A stretch of 64,000 nucleotides of DNA from positions 31,561 through 95,560 of IMG/VR virus record IMGVR_UViG_3300030202_002001, one strand, 5' to 3'. The notes under the pieces are model-generated. The model saw nothing but the letters and a program-made list of their open reading frames with translations. It made no database searches and had not been told where the DNA came from. The position numbers were made by a program, and so were the translations under genes. This DNA comes from a virus. Below are positions 21,405-29,395 of this stretch, piece after piece (the stretch's first letter is position 1; every line of letters starts with the position of its first letter).

Positions 21405-21728
21405 ATGAAGTTATTTTTTGCACTACTAGCTACACTCTTTTTTGCTGCGCCTGTATGGGCAGTAGATGTGACTATGGGATCCAATGGAAACCTAGTATTT
21501 GAACCAAACGAAATTACAATTAAAGCAGGAGAAACCATCCACTTCGTAAATGGTATGCTCCCACCACACAATATTATTGTTGAGGGTCGAGCAGACCTTT
21601 CCAGAGAATCTTTAATGTTTAGTCCTGGTGAATTACAAGATATCAAATTTGCCGATGCTGGAGACTACGATTTTTTCTGTGGTCCTCATCAGGGAGCAGG
21701 TATGGTTGGCACAATTCATGTAGACTAA
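21405..21728 (+). CDS. petE: Plastocyanin (auxiliary metabolic gene)
   Basis: Signal peptide [19 protein letters not shown]; Cu ligands PPHN and [11 protein letters not shown]. Confidence 0.95.
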   Translation: MKLFFALLATLFFAAPVWAVDVTMGSNGNLVFEPNEITIKAGETIHFVNGMLPPHNIIVEGRADLSRESLMFSPGELQDIKFADAGDYDFFCGPHQGAGMVGTIHVD

Positions 21729-21732
21729 TAAA

Positions 21733-22023
21733 ATGTATTCAATTTTAATCAAGAAAGCAGACGGCACCGAAACCTCTTTCGATTGCCCAGATGATGTTTA
21801 TATTCTTGATGAGGCTGAGGATCAGGGTATTGATTTACCATACTCTTGTCGCGCTGGTGCATGCTCCTCATGTGCTGGTAAACTTGAGTCTGGAACCGTC
21901 AATCAAGAAGAACAATCATTTTTAGACGACGATCAGATGGCAGCAGGGTTTGCACTATTATGTGTTTCATATCCTACCTCTGATTGTGTAATCAAAGCGG
22001 AGGCAGAAGAAGAACTCTACTAG
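21733..22023 (+). CDS. petF: Plant-type [2Fe-2S] ferredoxin
   Basis: [16 protein letters not shown]...QSFLDDDQ...[11 protein letters not shown]...EEELY. Confidence 0.96.
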   Translation: MYSILIKKADGTETSFDCPDDVYILDEAEDQGIDLPYSCRAGACSSCAGKLESGTVNQEEQSFLDDDQMAAGFALLCVSYPTSDCVIKAEAEEELY

Positions 22024-22048
22024 AATAGGAATGCTATGAAAATGACCA

Positions 22049-22264
22049 GTGTCACATAGAATGACTGAAATTAAACCTAGTCACTATCTGACAGAAGAAA
22101 AATGTCAGGAGATGATCGATGACGCAATTCGTAAGCACAACCGCAATGCTGGAATTATTTCTATGTGCGTGGGTTGGGTTGTTCTCGCTCTTTTTGCTGA
22201 GGGTCTCCTCAGGCTCATAGGAGTGATTGATCCACTCTTACCATGGTTAAAAATTACACTATAA
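22049..22264 (+). CDS. Small membrane protein
   Basis: MIDDAIRKHNRNA followed by a hydrophobic helix; GTG start, alternative ATG at 22061. Confidence 0.7.
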   Translation: MSHRMTEIKPSHYLTEEKCQEMIDDAIRKHNRNAGIISMCVGWVVLALFAEGLLRLIGVIDPLLPWLKITL

Positions 22265-22268
22265 TGTT

Positions 22269-22739
22269 ATGAAAGTAGGAATGATTGGTTTAGGTCGTAC
22301 TGGTGAAGGTATGGCCCGCCGTATGCTTGCAAAGGGAATTGAAGTCTGGGGTTACAGTAGTACTAACTACGAGAATGCCTGCGGACAATATGAGGCAGGA
22401 TACATCAGTGGATGTGTAACTTCACTAGAGTATCTTGTTCAAGCAGTTAAATCTGATGGACTTGTTCATACTAGTGCTGGTAAAATTCCTGGCATCTTTC
22501 AAATTACACTCCCAGAGCAAAAGGCAGAAGACACACTTGATGAGTTGCTACCTTTACTTCAGGAGGGTGATATCATTATTGATCATAGTACCAGTGACAT
22601 AGAAAAATGTCAGGAACTTGAGAAGTATTGCTCCAAGTTAGGTATCTCATACATTTTCTCTGGTACATATGGAGCAAATCATGCTATCAATGTTTGCTCT
22701 AAAATTTTCCAGAGTTTATCCCCAGGTAATGTTAAATGA
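22269..22739 (+). CDS. Degenerate 6-phosphogluconate dehydrogenase-like NAD(P)-binding domain only
   Basis: MKVGMIGLGRTGEGMARR Rossmann motif and EGDIIIDH; ends at LSPG; no C-terminal catalytic domain. Confidence 0.75.
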   Translation: MKVGMIGLGRTGEGMARRMLAKGIEVWGYSSTNYENACGQYEAGYISGCVTSLEYLVQAVKSDGLVHTSAGKIPGIFQITLPEQKAEDTLDELLPLLQEGDIIIDHSTSDIEKCQELEKYCSKLGISYIFSGTYGANHAINVCSKIFQSLSPGNVK

Positions 22740-22936
22740 TTTTAGCTGATGTACTTATTTGGATCACTATTCCATTTGTATTGATCACCCTTTGTTTTGG
22801 TTTCATCAAAGGCGATAATGTCTATTATGAATCGGATGCCTATGATGGTAATGGGACAGCACATCCTGTCCTATTTGAAAAGACCACCTGCGAAAGGAGG
22901 GAAACCACAAATGGATCAAGAAGAAATCAAGCATAG
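22736..22936 (+). CDS. ndhP: NdhP-like single-TM subunit of cyanobacterial NDH-1L, with C-terminal extension
   Basis: IPFVLITLCFG...YYESDAYDGNGTAH matches the recalled NdhP pattern (P.F...LFFG..NGFYDTDQYHGNGSAH). Confidence 0.7.
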   Translation: MILADVLIWITIPFVLITLCFGFIKGDNVYYESDAYDGNGTAHPVLFEKTTCERRETTNGSRRNQA

Positions 22937-23114
22937 ATATGGATTTGCGATGTGTGCATTTGCAAGAATGTACGGTGTTCCAACTGTCAATGGTTCAGAA
23001 TCTGTACATAAATTTTGTAAGAGATGGGCCGAATCTGAGGAGGATACTCCATCAGGGACACTAACAGAAGTCAACTTCTACTTTAAGGACAGATGGGATG
23101 TCTGGGGAAAATAA
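22911..23114 (+). CDS. Hypothetical protein
   Basis: AAGGAGG upstream of ATG 22911 (MDQEEIKHRYGFAM...); track start 22797 probably too long. Confidence 0.6.
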   Translation: MDQEEIKHRYGFAMCAFARMYGVPTVNGSESVHKFCKRWAESEEDTPSGTLTEVNFYFKDRWDVWGK

Positions 23115-23238
23115 AAAAATCAAAAAGACAAGATGGATTAGGAGTGCTGTTTGTGGGAGCATACCTTTCATACCAGACTCCGAATACAATGGTTCCATAT
23201 GTGAGTTAACTTGTAATGTAAAACAAAATGAGCCTTAA
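23098..23238 (+). CDS. Small hypothetical protein (46 aa; not in track)
   Basis: Manual translation MSGENKKIKKTRWIRSAVCGSIPFIPDSEYNGSICELTCNVKQNEP; fills the gap between neighbours. Confidence 0.45.
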   Translation: MSGENKKIKKTRWIRSAVCGSIPFIPDSEYNGSICELTCNVKQNEP

Positions 23239-23416
23239 AAAAGAAAATCGCAAATTGCGAGAAGAAAATTTTATGTTAAAACTTGAGATTTGGAAATTAG
23301 AAACAAAATTAGAAAGTTTAAAATCCGATAAATGGGGTCATTGGAAACACCCAAAATCATGTCTACATAATAAAGATCCATGGGAAAACTGGGACTATCT
23401 AAAAGATGAGAAATGA
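23228..23416 (+). CDS. Hypothetical protein, coiled-coil N-terminus
   Basis: Overlapping operon arrangement; WKHPKSCLH motif. Confidence 0.55.
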   Translation: MSLKKENRKLREENFMLKLEIWKLETKLESLKSDKWGHWKHPKSCLHNKDPWENWDYLKDEK

Positions 23417-23609
23417 AATTTTAAGAGCTCTTAAAGCAAATGCCACTGGTAACATTGAGAAGGCAAGACTCAATATTGAGATCTACCTCAAAAATCCTGT
23501 AGGCATTGGTGAGCATCCAGATGTTCTTGCTGCAATTCAAGATCAGGTTGATCTAATTGCTCATGAAGAAGAGCGTATTGAAGTCCTTCAAAAATATTTC
23601 GACTCGTAA
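23406..23609 (+). CDS. Conserved phage hypothetical protein
   Basis: NIEIYLKNPVGIGEHPDVLAAI motif seen in marine phages. Confidence 0.75.
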   Translation: MRNEILRALKANATGNIEKARLNIEIYLKNPVGIGEHPDVLAAIQDQVDLIAHEEERIEVLQKYFDS

Positions 23610-23610
23610 A

Positions 23611-23763
23611 ATGCTATTACAATTTGCAAGATTTTGCGGAACTGTATTAAACAACCCATGGGGATGTGGACTAATGGCCTGGTGCCTAGTCTTCGTTCCC
23701 ATTCTTGGTATGTGGGCAGTACATAATTATGGATGGCAACATTGGGAACCCTTTAAAAAGTGA
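23611..23763 (+). CDS. Small single-TM membrane protein (50 aa)
   Basis: ATG 23611 directly after upstream stop; LMAWCLVFVPILGMWAVHNYGWQHWEPF. Confidence 0.65.
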   Translation: MLLQFARFCGTVLNNPWGCGLMAWCLVFVPILGMWAVHNYGWQHWEPFKK

Positions 23764-23969
23764 ATTTAGTATTGCGTCCTCTTGATAGTGTTACTGACCC
23801 AGTATGGTCAGTAATCATTATGGTAATTCTAGCTGTAGCGTTAGCAATGGTATTCGTTGTCTACATATTAAGAGAAGCATTTGCAGAGTTAGAAGATGGG
23901 AGCAATGACACCGCCGAGCAGAAAGAGCTGCTACAACTTCCGAGTGACGGAGATCAATCGTGTCCTTGA
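23760..23969 (+). CDS. Small single-TM membrane protein
   Basis: GTGA overlap; DPVWSVIIMVILAVALAMVFVVYILREAFA hydrophobic helix. Confidence 0.6.
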   Translation: MNLVLRPLDSVTDPVWSVIIMVILAVALAMVFVVYILREAFAELEDGSNDTAEQKELLQLPSDGDQSCP

Positions 23970-24357
23970 TGGTGATACTATCGATGTCACTATTGACCTC
24001 GGGTTTGATTTATACAAGAAAGAAAGAGTTAGAATTGCAGGCGTTGATACGCCAGAGAAGAGGACGAGGAACTTAGAGGAGAAAGAACTTGGAATCGACG
24101 CAACCGAATGGCTCAAAGCAAAACTGGAAGGTACTTTGGCTGGTGATGATGAGTTGTCTATTAGGACTGAACTTGTTGGTGGCGTCGGCAAATATGGCCG
24201 TCTTCTTGGTTGGTTATACATTGGGGACGAGTCAGTGTCACTCAACGAACAAATGATTGAGCAAGGATATGCTCACGCATATGATGGTGGCACCAAGGAT
24301 ATGAATCTTGAAGCACTACGAGAAATCAGAAGAGCACATGGAACATTGGTAGATTGA
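23896..24357 (+). CDS. Staphylococcal-nuclease (thermonuclease)-like protein
   Basis: RVLDGDTIDV, RVRIAGVDTPE, GKYGRLLG, LNEQMIEQGYA. Confidence 0.88.
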   Translation: MGAMTPPSRKSCYNFRVTEINRVLDGDTIDVTIDLGFDLYKKERVRIAGVDTPEKRTRNLEEKELGIDATEWLKAKLEGTLAGDDELSIRTELVGGVGKYGRLLGWLYIGDESVSLNEQMIEQGYAHAYDGGTKDMNLEALREIRRAHGTLVD

Positions 24358-24358
24358 T

Positions 24359-26023
24359 ATGAGTAGTAACGAAATATACTTAGGTAATCCTAATCTAAAA
24401 AAAGCAAATACCCCGATTGAATTCTCACCAGAGAATGTTCAGGAGTATTTGAAGTGCAAAAATGATCCTGTATATTTTGCTAAAAATTATGTAAAGATTG
24501 TTTCTCTTGACGAGGGTCTTGTACCATTCAAGATGTGGGATTTCCAAGAGAAATTAATCAGAAATTTTCACGAGAAACGATTTAATATCTGTAAAATGCC
24601 TAGGCAGACAGGTAAGTCTACTACATGCGTGTCTTATCTCCTACATTATATTGTCTTTAACGATAGCGTCAATGTTGGTATCCTAGCAAACAAAGCAGCG
24701 ACGGCAAGGGAACTTCTCAGTAGGTTACAAACTGCATATGAGAACTTGCCTAAATGGATGCAACAGGGTATTCTATCCTGGAACAAAGGTTCTATGGAGT
24801 TAGAAAATGGCAGTAAAATATTGGCAGCATCTACATCTGCAAGTGCTGTCCGAGGTATGTCGTTTAACATCATCTTCCTCGATGAGTTTGCGTTCGTTCC
24901 AAACCATATTGCAGAGTCGTTCTTTGCCTCTGTTTATCCTACTATTACTTCTGGTAAAAGCACAAAGGTAATTATGGTTTCAACGCCTCACGGCATGAAC
25001 CATTTCTACAGATATTGGCACGACGCACAAAGAGGGAAGAACGAATATACAGCCACAGAAGTTCACTGGTCTGAAGTCCCTGGTAGGGATTCTAAATGGA
25101 AAGCACAGACCATTGCTAACACCTCAGAGCAGCAGTTCAAAGTTGAGTTTGAGTGCGAATTCCTTGGATCTGTTGACACTTTGATTAGTGTTGCTAAATT
25201 AAGAAACCTTGTTTTTGATGATCCAATACAGAATAATGGAAAGGGCCTCGTGGTATATGAAAAACCACAGAAGGATCGTGATTACATTGTAACTGTTGAC
25301 ACTGCGCGTGGCATTGATCATGACTATTCTGCCTTTGTTGTTTTTGATATCTCAGAGTTTCCGTATAAGACGGCAGCAAGATATAAAAATAATGAAATTA
25401 AACCTATGCTGTTTCCAAATATTATTTTGGATATGGCGAAGGCATATAATAATGCTTATGTATTAGTAGAAGTTAATGACATTGGAGAACAGGTTGCGAC
25501 AATTTTACAATACGATTTAGAATATGAGAATATGCTGATGTGTTCTATGAGAGGTAGAGCTGGTCAGCAAGTAGGCACAGGTTTCAGTGGCAAAAAAACT
25601 CAGTTAGGGGTCAGGATGACTGCTGCTGTTAAGAAAACTGGATGCTCAAACTTAAAAGCATTAGTGGAGGAAGATAAGTTAGTAACTAGCGACTATGATA
25701 TCATTGCTGAACTGACAACATTCATTCAGAAGAAACAATCGTGGGAGGCAGAAGATGGTTGTCACGATGACCTTGCAATGTGTTTGGTTATCTTTGCATG
25801 GTTAGTTGCTCAAGATTACTTTAGAGAAATGACGGACAATGATGTCCGTAAAAGAATCTATGAGGATCAGAAAGAACAAATTGAACAAGACATGGCACCA
25901 TTTGGATTTATTAGTGATGGTCTAGATGATGAGTCGTTTATGGAAGGTGGTGATAGATGGACTGTAGATAAGGAGGCTACGGCAACATATGGTGATATGT
26001 CATACATGTGGGAATATAATTAA
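24359..26023 (+). CDS. gp17: Terminase large subunit gp17
   Basis: PRQTGKST Walker A, IIFLDEFAF Walker B, VDTARG and HDDLAM nuclease motifs. Confidence 0.97.
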   Translation: MSSNEIYLGNPNLKKANTPIEFSPENVQEYLKCKNDPVYFAKNYVKIVSLDEGLVPFKMWDFQEKLIRNFHEKRFNICKMPRQTGKSTTCVSYLLHYIVFNDSVNVGILANKAATARELLSRLQTAYENLPKWMQQGILSWNKGSMELENGSKILAASTSASAVRGMSFNIIFLDEFAFVPNHIAESFFASVYPTITSGKSTKVIMVSTPHGMNHFYRYWHDAQRGKNEYTATEVHWSEVPGRDSKWKAQTIANTSEQQFKVEFECEFLGSVDTLISVAKLRNLVFDDPIQNNGKGLVVYEKPQKDRDYIVTVDTARGIDHDYSAFVVFDISEFPYKTAARYKNNEIKPMLFPNIILDMAKAYNNAYVLVEVNDIGEQVATILQYDLEYENMLMCSMRGRAGQQVGTGFSGKKTQLGVRMTAAVKKTGCSNLKALVEEDKLVTSDYDIIAELTTFIQKKQSWEAEDGCHDDLAMCLVIFAWLVAQDYFREMTDNDVRKRIYEDQKEQIEQDMAPFGFISDGLDDESFMEGGDRWTVDKEATATYGDMSYMWEYN

Positions 26024-26253
26024 TGGATCTGGGGGATGAGTTTGAATATGGTCACTTGTTTCTGACGGAAAGAAAATGTAGAGCATGTGGAAAAACAAAA
26101 AATCTCATGAGTGATTTTTATAGAACTCATAAAGATAGAGGAGATACCCCATCAGCATATTCGTATGAATGTAAGATGTGTACTAAAGAAAGAGTAGTAG
26201 AATATAGGAGAAATAAAGAAAAAAGAAGGGATTGGTTGTATCCAGATTGGTAG
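26023..26253 (+). CDS. Small Zn-finger-like protein (CxxC...CxxC)
   Basis: CRAC...YECKMC, ends YPDW; sits between gp17 and gp18. Confidence 0.7.
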   Translation: MDLGDEFEYGHLFLTERKCRACGKTKNLMSDFYRTHKDRGDTPSAYSYECKMCTKERVVEYRRNKEKRRDWLYPDW

Positions 26254-26292
26254 TGTTCATGACCAGTTTCCCCACTCAAAAAGGTCTAAACT

Positions 26293-26299
26293 CTAAATA
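26293..26299 (+). promoter_or_regulatory. Putative gp55-dependent late promoter upstream of gp18
   Basis: CTAAATA, a variant of T4 late TATAAATA; similar boxes at 8604, 20087, 20985, 29358, 31059, 35261, 54957. Confidence 0.6.
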
Positions 26300-26335
26300 T
26301 TAGTAGACAAATTTGGATTCTATTGGGAGTTAAAG

Positions 26336-28702
26336 ATGCCGCTCAACCTAGCATCTCCTGGAATTGTCGTAAGGGAAGTTGACCTGACCCAAGGTAGAGT
26401 AGATCCTACTTCTACCAAAGCTGCAGGTCTCGTAGCTCCCTTTGCAAAAGGACCAGTCGAGAAACCCACACTTATTGAAACCGAAGCGGATCTCCTGGAG
26501 ACCTTTGGTTCACCATACAGAGACAGTAATCATTACGAATACTGGCTTACAGCATCTTCGTATCTTTCATACGGTGGTGTTCTTAGAGTTGTCAGATCTG
26601 CTGACAGTCAGTTTAAGAACGCTTTCGTTGGAAGTGCAAGTAGCGTTATCATCAAAAGCGTAGATGATTATATTGATAAAGGTTATTCTGAGAATAACAT
26701 TTCCAGTGTAGTTGTTGCTGCTAGAAACCCTGGATCTTGGGCAAACGGAATTAAAGTTGCCCTTTTAGATGGTCTAGCGGATCAAACCCTTACGGGTCTT
26801 GATACAACCGCTATCCTTGGATTCTCTTCTACTGCCAATGGCGGCCTTGCTGCTGTTGCTGGTTATGAAGACGGTATTTCACCAATTGACCTCACTGTAG
26901 GTCTTGGCATTACTCAAGCAGTTCCTTCTGGAACAGTTGTTGCTGGAGTAGGTGCAACTTCACTTCTTGACGGATACCTTAAGGGTGTCATTACTGAAGT
27001 TGGATCTGGCGAGGTATCAGTTAAAGTAGTATCTCATGTCAGTGCTGCTGGTACAGAAACTGCAGTTGACTACACACCAGGTGGAGTTTATGAATTCCAG
27101 AATTCTGGTTCATTCTCTTTGCATGTTCAATCTGCTGTCGGATCTGGTCAACTTGGATGGACTGCTAGCACCGTTTCTTACGGATCTAGTTTCGCCAATG
27201 CAGACTTCCTTACCGCTCTAACTGGTGCTGGTGTCACTGCTGGTGATGCTCGCTATGTTGCTGCTGCAGCATATGACGGTAATGTAGATTACAGTGGAGC
27301 AAAGGATTGGTTTGATAATCAATCAATCACTCTTAGCAACGGCAACACTATTGCTTGGAACTCTCTCGCAGATAGACCTGGAACTTCCTCGTTTGCTGCA
27401 GCAAGAAGTGCTAAAAATGATGAGGTTCATGTAGCTCTAATTGATGACGCTGGTAAGATTACTGGCAATGCTGGAACACTCCTTGAAAAGTATATTTCTG
27501 CTTCTAAAGGTAAAGATTCGGTTTACTCTGCTGGTTCACCTTCTTATTGGAGAAAACTTCTTGAAATCGCTAGCCAATATGCATTTGGTGGTGGAGCTCC
27601 TTCTGGTGTAGTTACGACAGATCTTGATGCAAACTTTGATCCTAAGACCGATGTTGCATGGGATCAAGACACCGAGAATGTCTCCTTCGCTGCTATTGGT
27701 AACTATCAAGCATCATTTGCGGGTGGATTGGATTATGGCGGTAAGACCTCAATCAGTGCTACTGATGCTTTGAAGGTAACCGTTGGTGATCTTTCTACTG
27801 GTTACGATCTCCTTGCTAATAAAGATGCATACGAACTAGACTTCTTGATGATGGGTTCTGCTGCTCATGGCAGAGAAGCCTCGCAAGCACTTGCAAACAA
27901 ACTTATTTCAGTCGCAGAACTTAGAAAGGACTGCGTAGCATGTATCTCGCCGTTTAGAGGTGCTTTCCTTGCTACATCTGGTGATGGAGAGGATCTTACT
28001 CTTAAGTCCGATACAATTACTTCAGCGGTAACTGCATTCTACTCTTCTATCACATCATCTTCTTACGCTATCCTTGATAGTGGTTACAAGTACATGTATG
28101 ATCGCTTCAGTAAAGCGTTCCGCTATGTACCTCTGAATGGTGACATTGCTGGCGTTTGTGCTAGAAATGACATCAACAACTTCCCTTGGTTCTCACCAGG
28201 TGGTACGACAAGAGGCGCAATCCTCAATGCTGTAAAACTTGCATATAATCCTTCACAGGCAGAGAGAGACAAGTTGTACTCTTCAAGAGTCAACCCAGTA
28301 ATCTTCTCGCCTGGTGCTGGTATTATTCTGTTTGGTGATAAGACTGGTCTTGGCAAGTCTTCCGCTTTCGACAGAATCAATGTTCGCCGTCTCTTCATCT
28401 TCCTTGAAAAAGCAATTTCTGCAGCGGCAAGAGACCAACTCTTTGAGTTTAATGATGAAATTACGAGACTTAACTTCTTGAACATTGTAGAACCTTTCCT
28501 CAGAGATGTACAATCTAAGAGAGGTATTACCGATTTCGTTGCAGTTTGTGACGAAACAAACAACACTGCAGCGGTAATCGACAACAACGAATTCGTTGCT
28601 GACATCTTTATCAAACCTGCTAGGTCGATTAACTTCATCGGTCTAACATTCGTTGCTACTCGCACGGGCGTTAGTTTTGAAGAAGTTATTGGTCGAGTTT
28701 GA
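26336..28702 (+). CDS. gp18: Tail sheath protein gp18
   Basis: LASPGIVVREVDLT, PWFSPGG, FDRINVRRLF, IKPARSINFIGLTFVATRTGVSFEE. Confidence 0.97.
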   Translation: MPLNLASPGIVVREVDLTQGRVDPTSTKAAGLVAPFAKGPVEKPTLIETEADLLETFGSPYRDSNHYEYWLTASSYLSYGGVLRVVRSADSQFKNAFVGSASSVIIKSVDDYIDKGYSENNISSVVVAARNPGSWANGIKVALLDGLADQTLTGLDTTAILGFSSTANGGLAAVAGYEDGISPIDLTVGLGITQAVPSGTVVAGVGATSLLDGYLKGVITEVGSGEVSVKVVSHVSAAGTETAVDYTPGGVYEFQNSGSFSLHVQSAVGSGQLGWTASTVSYGSSFANADFLTALTGAGVTAGDARYVAAAAYDGNVDYSGAKDWFDNQSITLSNGNTIAWNSLADRPGTSSFAAARSAKNDEVHVALIDDAGKITGNAGTLLEKYISASKGKDSVYSAGSPSYWRKLLEIASQYAFGGGAPSGVVTTDLDANFDPKTDVAWDQDTENVSFAAIGNYQASFAGGLDYGGKTSISATDALKVTVGDLSTGYDLLANKDAYELDFLMMGSAAHGREASQALANKLISVAELRKDCVACISPFRGAFLATSGDGEDLTLKSDTITSAVTAFYSSITSSSYAILDSGYKYMYDRFSKAFRYVPLNGDIAGVCARNDINNFPWFSPGGTTRGAILNAVKLAYNPSQAERDKLYSSRVNPVIFSPGAGIILFGDKTGLGKSSAFDRINVRRLFIFLEKAISAAARDQLFEFNDEITRLNFLNIVEPFLRDVQSKRGITDFVAVCDETNNTAAVIDNNEFVADIFIKPARSINFIGLTFVATRTGVSFEEVIGRV

Positions 28703-28738
28703 TCGCCTTAATAATAAACTCAAAGGAGAACCCAACTA

Positions 28739-29359
28739 ATGGCTATCAATTCACAAAATCCGCCAAAGACCGCCGACAGGACTATTGACAAGTTTAAGTC
28801 GAGACTGTCTGGCGGTATTGCAAGACCCAATCTCTTTGAGGTTGTTCTTGCTTTCCCAGATGGAGTAGTAGATGATTCTGTAAGTGATCTTGATGCTAAA
28901 GCAAGATTTCTTGTAAAGGCAGCAGCACTTCCTGCATCAAACATTGCTCCCATTAGCGTTCCTTTCAGAGGGCGCACCTTAAAAATTGCTGGTGACAGAA
29001 CATTCGATGAATGGACTATCACTGTTATTAATGATACCGACTTTGCTATCCGTTCCTCTTTTGAGAGATGGATGAACTCTATGTCGAAAGTATCCGACAA
29101 CTCTGGTACTACTAACCCAGAGGATTATACTAGAGACGCATATGTCTATCAACTTGGTAGATCTGCAGTAGCACCTGGTTCTCAGGAATCTGATCAGAAT
29201 CTGCCTGTTCTTAGAACATATAAATTCTATAGTGTGTTCCCAACAAATATTTCTCAACTTGATCTGTCGTATGATTCTGCAGATCAAACCGAGGAGTTTA
29301 CAGTAAGCCTCCAAGTACAATGGTGGGAAGCTGCTGGAAATGGTGGAGATGTCGCTTGA
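28739..29359 (+). CDS. gp19: Tail tube protein gp19
   Basis: GGIARPNLFEV, VPFRGRTLKIAGDRTFDEWTITVIND. Confidence 0.95.
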   Translation: MAINSQNPPKTADRTIDKFKSRLSGGIARPNLFEVVLAFPDGVVDDSVSDLDAKARFLVKAAALPASNIAPISVPFRGRTLKIAGDRTFDEWTITVINDTDFAIRSSFERWMNSMSKVSDNSGTTNPEDYTRDAYVYQLGRSAVAPGSQESDQNLPVLRTYKFYSVFPTNISQLDLSYDSADQTEEFTVSLQVQWWEAAGNGGDVA

Positions 29360-29395
29360 TAAATAGTCTTTGAATACAAAGACTCTATATTTGAA

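Noticed and set aside
22269-22739. Calling this a functional gnd
   Set aside because: It lacks the catalytic/dimerisation domain and key motif residues
26023-26253. Homing endonuclease between gp17 and gp18
   Set aside because: Only a 76-aa Zn-finger-like segment, with no HNH, GIY-YIG or EndoVII catalytic motif
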